This document shows, one piece after another, positions 49,001-59,454 of a stretch of 64,000 bases of DNA. The first letter of the stretch is position 1. The number at the start of each line of letters is the position of its first letter. Under the pieces are notes generated by a model. The model saw only the letters and a program-made list of their open reading frames with translations, ran no database searches and was not told where the DNA came from. The translations under genes and the position numbers were made by a program. The stretch spans positions 96,001-160,000 of the forward strand of contig CAVRAG010000008.1 in the NCBI GenBank assembly GCA_963718895.1. Direction: 5' to 3'. Source of the stretch: an uncultured Nitrososphaerota archaeon (lineage in GTDB: Archaea; Thermoproteota; Nitrososphaeria; Nitrososphaerales; Gagatemarchaeaceae).

Positions 49001-51302
49001 GTCGTCTTCGGAGACTCGCGATGCAGGCAGGCGGTAGTGAGAGCGAATGGAGGGGTCTATCTTGCTTCTGTTCTTGTTGACGCTTCCGAACTCTGTTATC
49101 TTCTCTCTCAGATCAGGCGGTAGTCTCCTGAACCAATTTGAGAGGCGCTCCCCCCTCGGCGGGTAGATGTTGGCAAGCGCGTTGAGTTCTCTCGATGTCT
49201 CCAGCAGTGAGATCCTCTCCGGCCGTGCCGATTCCTTGATACCGTCAGCGAGTTTGGGAACAGCGACGTTCGTCCGCTTGAAGACCTCCTCGGCCGTCAG
49301 GAAGGTGGCACGCAGGTTCGGTCTAGCCTTCTTGTCCTGCACTAGCATCCGGTGGTTCGGTGTGACGGCTAGGTCTACGAACCTCCTGTCATTGAAATGG
49401 TAGAGCTCTCCATGGTAGGGAAACTGTTGTACCTCGACTACGGTGTCTATCTCCGTGCCCAGCGTGTCAGGGTTTACGTTGACTACCTTGTCCCCGACCT
49501 TGACATCCCTGACGTTACGGATCCCGCTAGGCGTGACTAGGTACGTGTCGGGCGTGAAGCAAGCGTTCAGGATCACTTTCAGGCCCTGGGAGACGACGCC
49601 GTAGAGCTCTCTCTCGTCCTGGGTCAGTGACCTGTCCTTCGCCAGGTGCTTGTAGTGACCAACCCTCAGATCGCGCAGAGACCCCGTCACGAGGCTCTCG
49701 ATGCCGGACCTCTTCGTGCAGACCCAGTTGTCGGTGTCGGGGACCCTGTTCGTCCTGCACTCCTCGTGGGGGCAGTTCACGGTCTCGTATGAGAGGTTGT
49801 GGACCTTGATGATGCTGGGGTACAGGCTCGCGAAGTCCAGGACAGAGACCCCGAAGTGAACACCTGGCGTCGGCTCGATCACGAGCCCGCCCTTGTACTT
49901 CTTGCCCTTGATTATCGCCTCGGACGAGGCGCCGCCCTTCTGCGCGAGCTCGTCCTGGCGCGGGATGATCGCACCCATCCGCCTGTGCTCGTAGAACAGC
50001 ATCGACCTGATCCAGTTGGAGACCCCAAGCCTGGCGACGTCGTTCATCGGCATCTTCGCGATGCGCGCTATGACCAGGAGAATCTTCATCATGAGCGAGG
50101 AGTTCTGGCTCGTGAGCTCGTAGGTTAGCTGGGAGTCGTTGAGACAGTAGTTGGCAAGCTCGAGCAGGGGGAGGTCGCCGACGTTCCCCTCGAACTCTAT
50201 CTTCGATTTGTTCAGGACGGCCTCCGATATGCCGTTCAGCGTGTGCTCGCTGTACCTGTTGCTGTAGACGTAGACCTGTATCGAGCGGTTGTTGAAGAAG
50301 CGGTAGAGGTCGATGTGGACCCCGTGCCTGAGCGAGGCCTCCTGGCGCATGAGGTATATCGGGATCTCCCCTTCCTTGAGGCCGAGCCTCTCGGCCCTGT
50401 GGACGAGGTACCTGAGGTCGAAGTCGTCGCCGTTGAAGGTTATCAGGAACGGATAGTCCATTATCTTGGAGAACGCGGCCCTGATCATTGTCGCTTCGTC
50501 CGGGAAGACGACGGGGGTGTAGGAGGTCTTGGCCCCCTGGAGGGAGGTGTCACCTTCGCGGGCGATCAGATAGACGAGCGACTCGGCGTCGTTGTGGAGC
50601 GATATCGCTATCACCTCGCGGTCTGCCTTCTCCGGGTCGGGTATCCTGGACTCCTCGTTCGCGACCTCTATGTCCAGGGCTATCCTCTTGAAGGCGCACA
50701 GAGGCTGACTTAGGAGCTCGGCCCACTCCCGGATGAACCTCGTCTGCTCCCCGGTGTTCTTGGCCAGTATCTGCTCGAGTGAGCGAGCGACCAGCTCCGG
50801 AATCTCCTTCTCGAGGGGGGAGATCAGGCCGCCGCGGATGGCGTAGTACGTCCCGACTCTGAGGTTCCTGTCGTAGACGTAGTTCTCGTAGTACTTGATG
50901 TCAGCTTCCCACGCCCGGATGTCGTCCCGTATGCTCTTGCCGGGGGCTCCGCCTCCGATGGCGAGAGGGTCCGTCGCGGTCGATCTTCCTGACGGTGAGC
51001 GTGGAGTCCGTGAGCAGGTCCAGCCGCTGGACGTCCTCTATGGCGACCACGTCGCCTCTAGACCTGAGCTGGCTGACCTCTTCCATCGGCAGCTTCGAAT
51101 AGCAATAGGGTCGATGTCCCGTGTTGTCCTCCCACCTCCAGACCCTGTCGAGCCTGGGGTCGTAGAACTTCAGGACCGCGAGCTTCTTGTCCCCGTCGTA
51201 GGTCGCCGAGACCAGGAGCCCTTCCTCGAGGTCCGTGACCGGTACGAGGAGCTTCGAGAGCTTCTCCTCGAGGTCGCGCGGTTCTTTAAGTGGGGTTAGC
51301 AA
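46055..51302 (-). CDS. polB: Family B DNA polymerase with two inteins; one frameshift near 50981
   Basis: ALDIEV, TFNGDDFD, DFASLYPS, KVILNA/SYG, YSDTDS, KKNYFG and KGLTGKK/SQTP motifs; C-terminal PIP-like TTLDAFW. Confidence 0.95.
46523..47908 (-). mobile_element. PolB intein 2 (462 aa) with LAGLIDADG homing endonuclease
   Basis: Starts SVSGDTPI after KGLTGKK; SGDHS block B; LFGLFTAEGS and YLRGLFSGDG; ends YDFSV....F.AG...LLHN, followed by Ser. Confidence 0.92.
48245..49561 (-). mobile_element. PolB intein 1 (439 aa) with LAGLIDADG homing endonuclease and C-terminal Gln
   Basis: Starts CFTPDT after KVILNA; VTPNH block B; CGWFVSEGS and CYKGDGS; ends VYCVT...NH...GRNG...VGQ, followed by SYG. 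Confidence 0.92.
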
Positions 51303-51458
51303 TCTGGCATCTCACCGGGAGCGGAGTTCCCCGCGACCCGCTGTGGGGATTTATAGTTGGTGGAGGCCGCCGCTGAAAGGAACATCCGCGAGTGGGGCGG
51401 GGAGCTGCGAGGTCCGGACCTACCACATTTATATTCAGACTGAGTTTCGGCTGGCGAC

Positions 51459-51818
51459 GTGAAGCCCGAACAGTCCATCCTGGCGAGGATCCCGATGATC
51501 CTCTTCTTCGTCACCGGGGTCTTCTGGGCGGGCATCATCGCGACCGGAGGGGGAGCGCTCCTGGGCTGGGCCGTGCTGAGCTGCTTCGCCAGCGGGATCT
51601 TCCTGGTCATGTGGGCATCGAACTGGATAACGAGGCCGCTCGCGTCTGCGAGCTCGGTCTTCGGAGTCGCCCTGACGCTCTACCAGCTCTTCGTGGCGCT
51701 GACGGCGCTCGGGAACGGCGCGTCGACCTTTGCAGTAATCTCGGCACCTCTGTTCGCGGTCTTCACGGCAATCTACGCCTATTTGTTCTACTCGTGCACC
51801 TGGCGTACCAAGGCCTAG
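51459..51818 (+). CDS. Small four-TM membrane protein
   Basis: Hydrophobic ORF; TTTATA box about 30 nt upstream. Confidence 0.65.
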   Translation: MKPEQSILARIPMILFFVTGVFWAGIIATGGGALLGWAVLSCFASGIFLVMWASNWITRPLASASSVFGVALTLYQLFVALTALGNGASTFAVISAPLFAVFTAIYAYLFYSCTWRTKA

Positions 51819-52024
51819 CCGGCTCGCACGCCCCTCGACCACGTGGATCCTCCGGAGGGAGAGGGTGCTATGAGCGCCTGTCGTGAAGACCCCGAGGAGG
51901 ACCCTCGTATCGAAGACGGGGCCGGGCCTAGCGCGAGGTACACTTTTGGTGCCAATTCATGCTCTGTTCTTACATTTGAGAATCGACAAAGGACGTAAAT
52001 AGTCACTCTTGGGTCCCCGGAGGT

Positions 52025-52327
52025 ATGGCACTAACAGATCCGCTTCAATGGGTCGTGATCGCCGTCGTCGCGATCGTGTTCCTCATGTACGGTCCGAAGA
52101 AGATCCCTGAGCTCGCAAAGTCGATAGGGCTCGCGCGGAAAGAGTTCAACGACGCCTCCGCGGCTGGGGCGGCCAAACCCGCGACGGCCCCGACCGCCGC
52201 TGCCGCACCGACCATCGCAGCCTCGGGCGATCCTTTGATCGACACCGCAAGGAAGCTGGGAGTCACAACCCAAGGGAAGACGCGCGAAGAGATATCGAAC
52301 GAGATCGTCAACTCGGTCCACAAGTAG
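52025..52327 (+). CDS. tatA: Twin-arginine translocase TatA/E subunit
   Basis: TM helix followed by YGPKKIPELAKSIG.A..EF. Confidence 0.9.
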   Translation: MALTDPLQWVVIAVVAIVFLMYGPKKIPELAKSIGLARKEFNDASAAGAAKPATAPTAAAAPTIAASGDPLIDTARKLGVTTQGKTREEISNEIVNSVHK

Positions 52328-52400
52328 ATCCCGGCGGACGCCCCCGCCTGGGAGATCTGCACACACCTTAAATGACGACCACGGGAGGCGGCGTCCACGA

Positions 52401-53461
52401 ATGGATCTGGAAGAGAAGATCACGCTCGTGAAACGGCCGCCGACCGAAGAGGTCGTGACGGAGCAAGAGCTGCGCACTCTTTTCGAGACCAAGGAGCACC
52501 CCAAACACTACATAGGACTCGAGGTCTCGGGGATCCTGAACCTCGGGTCCCTCGTGGTCAACGGCTTCAAGGTGAACGACTTCATAAAGGCAGGCATGGA
52601 CTGCACCGTCTTCCTGGCCGACTGGCACAGCTACATCAACAACAAGTGGGGAGGGGACTGGGAGAAGATCGGGCGCGTCGCAAAGGAGTACTACGCCGAC
52701 GCGTTCAGGTTCCTGTGCCCAGGGGTCGAGATCAAGTACGGGAGCGAGCTCTACAGCGGAAATGACGAGTACTGGAGGAACCTCCTGAGGGTCTCGAAGC
52801 AGATCAGCCTCGAGAGGGACGTGCGGTGCCTGACGATAATGGGAAGGACCACGAAGGAGAAGCTCGACGTCGCCCAGTACCTCTATCCCCCCATGCAGGC
52901 GACCGACATATGGGCCATGGACCTCGACGTCGTCCAGGCCGGGATGGACCAGCGGAAGGTCCACATGCTCGCAAGAGAGGTCTTCCCTTCGCTCGGGTGG
53001 AAGAAGCCGGTGGCCGTCCACCACCACATACTCGCGGGGCTGGGGGAGCCGAGGACCTCTGGCATCGACGAAGACGCGACCGCGGACAGGGTAATCTCGA
53101 GCAAGATGAGCAAGTCGAAACCGGACAGCGCCATATTCATCCATGACAGCCCGGAGGAGATCGCGAGAAAGGTCTCGAAGGCGTGGTGCCCCGAGAAGGT
53201 CGTCGACGGCAACCCGGTCCTCGAGTTTACCCGCTACATCGTCTTCCACGAGAGGACGTCGCTCCTGATCGAGAGGCCCGAGAAGTACGGGGGGAACGTC
53301 ACCTACACCCTCTGCTCCGACCTCGAGAGTGACTACGCGGCCGGCAAGCTTCACCCAAACGACCTCAAAAAGTCCGTCTCCGCGAGCTGGCGGAGATACT
53401 CGGACCCGTGAGAGAGCACTTCAGAGGAAGAGAGATAACAAAGGAAATCATGACCGCCTAG
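52401..53461 (+). CDS. tyrS: Tyrosine--tRNA ligase; frameshift near 53383
   Basis: YIGLEVSG, FLADWH, YPPMQATD, GMDQRKVH and KMSKS motifs; the C-terminus ELAEILGPVREHF continues in a second frame. Confidence 0.93.
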
Positions 53462-53472
53462 GTCGAAGAAAC

Positions 53473-54583
53473 ATGGGATTCATACCGATAAACAAACCAG
53501 TCCTCGGCGAGGGGGAGAAGAGGGCGGTCAGAGAGGTCCTAGACAGCGGCATCCTCACCGACGCTAGCTTCGAGGGCGGGAAGTACGTCAGGGAGTTCGA
53601 GAGGAAGCTCGCGTCCCACGTCGGAGTGAAGCACGCGATCGCGGTCAACTCGGGTACGGCGTCCCTCCAGACCTCGCTGATGGCTTTCAACGTCAGGCCC
53701 GGGGACGAAGTGATAATCCCGGCCTTCACCTTCGAAGCGACCGCGAACGTCGTCCTGGCCTGCAACGCCAAGCCGGTCTTCGCCGACATCCAGTCGGACT
53801 ACACGATCGACCCCCAGGACGTCAGGAGGAAGATAACGAAGAACACCAAGGCCATCATCCCGGTGCATCTCTACGGATACTCGGTCGACCTCGACGAGAT
53901 CAAGGAGATGGCCCAGGCGCACTCAATCAGGGTGATAGAGGACGCGGCGGAGTCTTTGGGGGCCGAGTACAAGGGGAGGCAGATCGGGCAGACGGACGAC
54001 ACCGGTTGCTTCAGCCTCTATGCGACCAAGGTGATAACGTCGGGGGAGGGGGGAGCGATCACAACCAACGACGACGGGCTCGCCGAGAAGCTCCGGATGA
54101 TGCGGAACCATGGGATGAAGGAAGGTTACGACACGAGGATACTCGGGTACAACTTCAGGCTGCCGGAGGTAGCCGCCGCGATCGCCTCGCGTCCAGATGG
54201 ACAGGCTCCCCGAGTTCATCCGGGCGAGGAGGAGGAACGCCGCCGTCCTCACCGAGTCCATCGCCGGCCTGAGGGGGGTGGCCATGCGCCAGACCAAGAC
54301 CGACAGAAAGCACATCTGGTACCTGTACACGCTTCAGGTGGAGAGGGAGAGGGACAAGGTGAACGAGCGGCTCAGAGCGAAGGGCGTCGGCTCCTCGATC
54401 TACTGGAAGACCCCCGTGAACAGGATGAAGCTCTACGACGACCTTGGCTACGCTGATGACAAGCTGCCCGGCGTCTACGACGCGGTCGACCACGTGCTCT
54501 CGCTGCCGGTCCATCCCGAAGTGACAGAGGAGCAGATTGGGTACATCGCCGGCGAGCTCAGGGCAGCCCTCGCCAGGGACTAG
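53473..54583 (+). CDS. DegT/DnrJ/EryC1/StrS aminotransferase; frameshift near 54190
   Basis: NSGTASL, PVHLYG, EDAAES.G, FSLYATKVITSGEGG, GYNFR and LSLPVHP motifs. Confidence 0.92.
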
Positions 54584-54602
54584 CCGGGGCTCGGCGAAGG
54601 AC

Positions 54603-55343
54603 GTGAGCGTCGTCGTAGTCGTCCCGACCTACAACGAGAAGGAGAACATCGGGCCGCTCTTCGAAAGGCTCGCCGCCATCAGGCCGACGCTCGGCGCCGA
54701 CCTGCACCTGCTGTTCGTCGACGACGGAAGCCCCGACGGGACCGGCGCGGAGATATCCAAGCTCGTGAGTGGACACGACTACGTGCACCTGCTCGAGAGG
54801 GAGGGCAAGATGGGACTGGGCACCGCTTACATCGACGGGTTCCGTCGCGCCATCGAGTGGCTCGACCCTGCCGTCTTCGTCCAGATGGACTCGGACCTTC
54901 AGCATCCGCCGGAGAGGGTGAAGCCACTCGTGGACGCGGTCAGGGAGGGCGCGGACGTCGCTGTCGGATCCAGGTACATAGAGGGAGGGTCCTTCGAAGG
55001 GCTCAAGGGGAGCAGGAAGATGGTGAGCAGGGGGGCGAACTGGCTCGCGAGGGCCGTGCTGGGGCTGCCGATCCACGACACTACGACCGGGTTCAAGGCG
55101 CTCAACCGGAGGGCGGTCGACGCGATCCTCGGTGTCAAGCTCTACTCCTCCGGGTTCATATTCCAGGTCGAGTCGCTCTACGTCTTCAAGCAGAACGGGA
55201 TGAAGATGGTCGAGATCCCGTTCGTCTTCGACCTGAGGGAGAGGGGGACCTCCAAGATGTCGGAGAAGGAGGAGTGGGAGTTCTTCCGGAGCGTCCTCTC
55301 AATGAGGTTCAGGGACTACAAGAAGCCAGGCTCGAAGGCCTGA
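54603..55343 (+). CDS. GT2 polyprenol-phosphate mannose synthase-like glycosyltransferase
   Basis: PTYNEKENI, VDDGSPDGT, MDSDLQHPP, GSRY, D.TTGF and R..G.SKM motifs. Confidence 0.92.
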   Translation: MSVVVVVPTYNEKENIGPLFERLAAIRPTLGADLHLLFVDDGSPDGTGAEISKLVSGHDYVHLLEREGKMGLGTAYIDGFRRAIEWLDPAVFVQMDSDLQHPPERVKPLVDAVREGADVAVGSRYIEGGSFEGLKGSRKMVSRGANWLARAVLGLPIHDTTTGFKALNRRAVDAILGVKLYSSGFIFQVESLYVFKQNGMKMVEIPFVFDLRERGTSKMSEKEEWEFFRSVLSMRFRDYKKPGSKA

Positions 55344-55347
55344 GATC

Positions 55348-55605
55348 TCAGGCGGTCTTGTTCTCGGTGGCCGGTGGTGCCGCCGCGGGCGGGGGCTGCG
55401 GGGCCTCCGCTATCGGCTCCGGGGGAGGCGTCGTGGCCATGGTCCAGCCTATCCAGGCCAGGATTCCGAGGAGTATGACCACCGCGAGGAAGGCCGTGAC
55501 CTCCAGGGTGATACTCGAGAAGAAGTAGAGCAGCAGGCCGTAGACAATTATCCCAAGAATGCTTCCGCCCAGAATCGCACCGCCGAGCGCCCTATCGTTG
55601 GCCAT
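55348..55605 (-). CDS. Small two-TM archaeal membrane protein
   Basis: ILAWIGWTMATTPPPEPI motif. Confidence 0.75.
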   Translation of the reverse strand: MANDRALGGAILGGSILGIIVYGLLLYFFSSITLEVTAFLAVVILLGILAWIGWTMATTPPPEPIAEAPQPPPAAAPPATENKTA

Positions 55606-55722
55606 GTCGTCAGCCGAACTCCCCTGAGAGTCAGATTTAACGTTTTATTCCTTCGGATGTCTCGGCCGGGAAAAGAGACAGCAAGACAGAAATAGAAGGA
55701 TGGAGAGAGCGAAGTCGAAAAC

Positions 55723-55905
55723 ATGTCCGGTACAGCAGAAGAACAGGTCAAGGTCTTCCAAAGCTCGATATACGAGTGTGTCAGGTGCGGGACCAAGACC
55801 AGCCAGGAGGAGCTAAGCAACCTCCCCGAAGTGAAGTGCATCTGCGGATACAGGGTCTTCCGGAAGGTAAGACCGAGCGTCGTCAAGCAGATCAAGGCGA
55901 TCTAG
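55723..55905 (+). CDS. rpoP: RNA polymerase subunit P (Rpo12)
   Basis: YECVRCG...KCICGYRVFRKVRP..VK.IKAI. Confidence 0.88.
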   Translation: MSGTAEEQVKVFQSSIYECVRCGTKTSQEELSNLPEVKCICGYRVFRKVRPSVVKQIKAI

Positions 55906-56005
55906 GGCCTAGAGCCAGGTCCCCCGAAGGGAAGGGCGTGGGCATCCGCGGGCGAATCGAAGAAGAGATTTAAGACCATGGTCCAGGGCTTTTTCCCCGC
56001 AGCTC

Positions 56006-57505
56006 TTGTCAGACATTGAGAAGGCGGTCGCCAGGAACCCGGTATCGCCGCCGAAGGCCGCGACCTACGAGGAGGTGATGAACCTCGCCGCGCGAAGGGG
56101 CTATTTCTTCAGGTCCGCCGACTCGTACCCGAACGTACCGGCAGGTTTCTGGGACTACGGCCCCCTGGGCGTGCTGTTTAGGAACAGGTACGTCGACCTC
56201 TGGAGGAGGAGGCTCGTCAAGGCGGACGAGATGGTAGAGATAGACACGGCCCAGATACTCCCGAAGGCGGTCTTCGTCGCCTCCGGGCACCTCGCCAGCT
56301 TCAGCGACCCCGTCGTGGAGTGCTCCAACTGCCACGCGATCTACAGGGCGGACAAGCTCATCGAGGAGAAGATCAGGCGCGCGGTCCCCGAGGGGCTGCA
56401 GGACGCGGAGTACGACTCGCTCCTGACGGAGAACGCGGTCGTCTGCAGCAACTGCAAGAGGCCGCTCGCAGGGACCAGGCGGTTCAACATGATGTTCAGG
56501 GTCGGGATCGGGCCGCTGGGGGAGGAGGCATACCTCCGCCCAGAGACGTGCCAGGGCATATTCGTCGACGCCCCCTTCCTGTTCAAGACCCAGCGTATCA
56601 AGCTCCCGAAGGGATTCGCCCAGCTGGGCAAGAGCTTCAGGAACGAGATCGCCCCCCGCCAGGGGATACTGAGGCAGCGGGAGTTCTACCAGGCAGAGAT
56701 AGAGGTCCTCTTCAACCCACAGAGGGTCGACATGCCGAGGTTCGACGTGGCCCTCGGCTACAGCCTCAACATCTCCGAGGGAGAGTCCGAGGCGGCCCCT
56801 GTCACGGTCTCGGAGGCGATAGCGGCCGGGACCATACCCAACAAGCTAATCGGGTACTACCTCTACCTCATCCAGAGCTTCTACGAGAGCGCCGGGCTAC
56901 CTAGCGCGGGAATACGGCTCCGGAAGCTGGGCGAGAAGGAGAGGGCGTTCTACTCAGCGGTGGCGTTCGACCTCGAGGTGAAGACCACGGTGGGATGGCT
57001 GGAGCTCGTCGCGTGCAACTACAGGACCGACTACGACTTCAAGCGGCACGCCGAGGTGAGCAAGAGCGACTACTCCGTCGAGGACGAGGGCAAGAAGGTC
57101 GTCCCCCACGTCTTCGAGCTCTCGATGGGGATCGACAGGAGCCTCTACGCCCTGCTCGAGAGCGCCTACAGGGTCGATGAATCGAGGACCTTCCTCGCGA
57201 TCAAGCCCGGGCTAGCGCCGGTGCAGGTGGGGGTCTTCCCTCTGGTGTCCAAGGACGGGCTCCCGGAGAAGGCGTCGGAGATCTATGCGGCGCTGCGCAC
57301 GGAGATGGACGTCACCTACGACGAAGGGGGTTCGATAGGGAGGAGGTACGCCCGGTCGGACGAGGCCGGCATCCCGTTCTGCGTCACCGTCGACCGCGAG
57401 ACCCTGGAACAGGGGACGGTCACGGTCCGCATCCGGGACTCCAAGCACCAGGAGAAGGTGAAGGTCGCTGACCTCTCGGCCTGGCTCAGGTTCCGACTGG
57501 CCTAG
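56006..57505 (+). CDS. glyS: Glycine--tRNA ligase (homodimeric type)
   Basis: DYGPLG, ASGH, YLRPETCQG, GKSFRNEIAPR..R.REF.Q.E and GSIGRRYAR.DE.G motifs. Confidence 0.96.
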   Translation: MSDIEKAVARNPVSPPKAATYEEVMNLAARRGYFFRSADSYPNVPAGFWDYGPLGVLFRNRYVDLWRRRLVKADEMVEIDTAQILPKAVFVASGHLASFSDPVVECSNCHAIYRADKLIEEKIRRAVPEGLQDAEYDSLLTENAVVCSNCKRPLAGTRRFNMMFRVGIGPLGEEAYLRPETCQGIFVDAPFLFKTQRIKLPKGFAQLGKSFRNEIAPRQGILRQREFYQAEIEVLFNPQRVDMPRFDVALGYSLNISEGESEAAPVTVSEAIAAGTIPNKLIGYYLYLIQSFYESAGLPSAGIRLRKLGEKERAFYSAVAFDLEVKTTVGWLELVACNYRTDYDFKRHAEVSKSDYSVEDEGKKVVPHVFELSMGIDRSLYALLESAYRVDESRTFLAIKPGLAPVQVGVFPLVSKDGLPEKASEIYAALRTEMDVTYDEGGSIGRRYARSDEAGIPFCVTVDRETLEQGTVTVRIRDSKHQEKVKVADLSAWLRFRLA

Positions 57506-58303
57506 AAGACGAGCGCGAGAAGTGCCAGCGAGCCTGCGGCTCCGGCGACCGTCGCGATAAGGTTCACGATGTTGTTGTCGACGCTGGAGAGGCCCGATTG
57601 CTGCTTGGTCTCCTCGTTGCAGTGGTAGAAGTGCTCCGAGGGCTTTCCGCAGACGACGCAGACGGCCTTTCGTTGCAGCGTGGCGCCGACGACGCTGTCC
57701 ATGACCGAACCGATGACCCCGCCCGCCACGGCGACCACGAAGATCTCGAGAGGGGAGGCCGCGTCTATGACGCCGACCGTCGCCGCTATCGCCCCGATCA
57801 CCGAAGACGCGATCAGTGTGCCCAGAAGGCCGAGCCCGGTTACGCCGCCCAGACATCCCGGGCGACACCCGCAGGCTGGGCCGCGTTATCAGGCGGGGCT
57901 GCGACCGGCTCAGGAGACCAAGCTCGGTCGCGACCGTGTCCGATGCGGCGGCCGACATCGCACCCAGGTAAGCCACGGCGAAGACAGATCCACCGAAGAC
58001 CAGCTCGGTCAGTCCGAATACGGCCGCAAGGCCGCCGTTGGCCAGGATGTTCGGCCAGTTCCTGGCGCCCCCCTTCTCCTGGGCAGACCCGATGCTCTTC
58101 TTGTACTCGTACTTGAACCAGGTGAAGCCGACGCCGAGTATGAAGAAGGATGCGATTATCAGGAACCACCTCCAGCCTCCTCCCAGGAAGATGGCATAGC
58201 CCACGGCGACGCTCGCCAGGAAGCCTCCCCTGTCGAGGGCCCTGGCCCGTATGGCCACTAGGGCGAAGACCACGACGATGAGAAGCTCTCCCAGAGCCAG
58301 CAT
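57502..58303 (-). CDS. DUF92 family membrane protein; frameshift near 57850
   Basis: R...NILANG, AASDT.ATELG, PG.SG, DS.VGATLQ and DNNIVN motifs. Confidence 0.85.
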
Positions 58304-58400
58304 TACGTCCACCGGGAGCAATAGGGTCGGTGGCGCGTCCCTTCGATGTCTCTAAAAGGATTCCTCGGGGGTCACGGGTGCGGCCTGACGTGGGACAGGA

Positions 58401-59099
58401 CTACCTGAGCTCGGTCAGCGCCTTGAGCGATGAGATGATCTCATCCTCGTTGGCCGCGTTGGAGAGGGCGAAGATCAGCCCCTCCTTCTTGGCGAGCTCT
58501 ATGGCGAGCGGGTCGGTCTGGGTCGGGCCGTGGATTATCACCATCCTGGGCTTGAGCTGGGAGACCCTGACGGCGACCAGGGGACTCCTCCCAGCGCCCA
58601 CCTTGGTGAAAATGATGGCCCTCTCGGTCGTGGCCCCGAAGATCCTGTAGAAGTCGTAGCCCGAGAGCGCATAGATCGTCTTGATGCTGTCCACGACGGT
58701 GTAGCCGTACAGGCTCGTGCGGTCAGGGTCGCCGGAGAGGACCGTCCCCTTCACCGCCGCGAGCAGCGCGGCGGCCGAGATGGGACGAGTGAACTCGCTT
58801 ATGGCGAGTATCGCGGAGCTCTTCTCGGGGGTGAGAAGCCTCGACGCGACTCTCCCCTGGGCCTCGTCGAGTGCGACCAGGGCCTCGATGTACTTCCTCA
58901 CGAACATGACCCCCGGAGAGGGACGCCTGCCGCTCTCGTAGTCGCTCAGGACGGATGGAGAGAGCTTAAGGGCCCTCGCCAGCTGGACCTGTTTGACCGA
59001 GAGCTTCTCGCGCCAAACCCTCAGAGCCCTTCCAGGGTCCGGACTCGCCACCACCTCCCCTGCTATCTTGATCAGCGATTCCTGGCGGCTCGATTCCAA
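58401..59099 (-). CDS. XRE-family HTH transcriptional regulator (conserved archaeal type)
   Basis: IAGEVV.S..PG..LR.WRE, SPSVLSDYESGRR.SPG and GRSPLVAVRV motifs. Confidence 0.88.
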   Translation of the reverse strand: MESSRQESLIKIAGEVVASPDPGRALRVWREKLSVKQVQLARALKLSPSVLSDYESGRRPSPGVMFVRKYIEALVALDEAQGRVASRLLTPEKSSAILAISEFTRPISAAALLAAVKGTVLSGDPDRTSLYGYTVVDSIKTIYALSGYDFYRIFGATTERAIIFTKVGAGRSPLVAVRVSQLKPRMVIIHGPTQTDPLAIELAKKEGLIFALSNAANEDEIISSLKALTELR

Positions 59100-59102
59100 G
59101 GT

Positions 59103-59124
59103 GCATGTTGTTTAGCGAACATGC
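59103..59124. promoter_or_regulatory. Palindromic operator candidate between the TATA box and start of the XRE gene
   Basis: GCATGTT-N8-AACATGC next to TTTAAA (59125-59130). Confidence 0.5.
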
Positions 59125-59176
59125 TTTAAACATTTGCCGAACTTGGCAGCCGGCGGTCCGGCCCGCATGGCGCCGC

Positions 59177-59407
59177 TCACTTGACCTGGTCGAGGAGTCT
59201 TCTGAGCTCGGGGAGCATCTCTATCGGGAGCGAGACTCCCTTTTTCGTGGGTCCGGTGTACCTGACGCCCGTGAGGAAGAGCCTGATATCGACCCGCTTC
59301 TTGCCGTCGCGCCCGTCGAAAGTCGAGACTCTGACGACCGAAGAGTCCGTGAGCTTCACCTCGCCTATCGGCGTCGACTTGAATGATGATGTCTCTTCCT
59401 CGCTCAA
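59177..59407 (-). CDS. PC4/YdbC-like ssDNA-binding protein
   Basis: VRVSTFDG....VDIR.F......PTKKGVSL...L.EL signature; TTG start inferred. Confidence 0.75.
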   Translation of the reverse strand: MSEEETSSFKSTPIGEVKLTDSSVVRVSTFDGRDGKKRVDIRLFLTGVRYTGPTKKGVSLPIEMLPELRRLLDQVK

Positions 59408-59454
59408 CTGTGACGGCGACAAGCCGGGGAGGCCTGCGATATACTTTGCGCGAG

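Noticed and set aside
50960-51000. Programmed frameshift or split polB
   Set aside because: A single extra base without a slippery run, in a window full of similar indels; most likely an error
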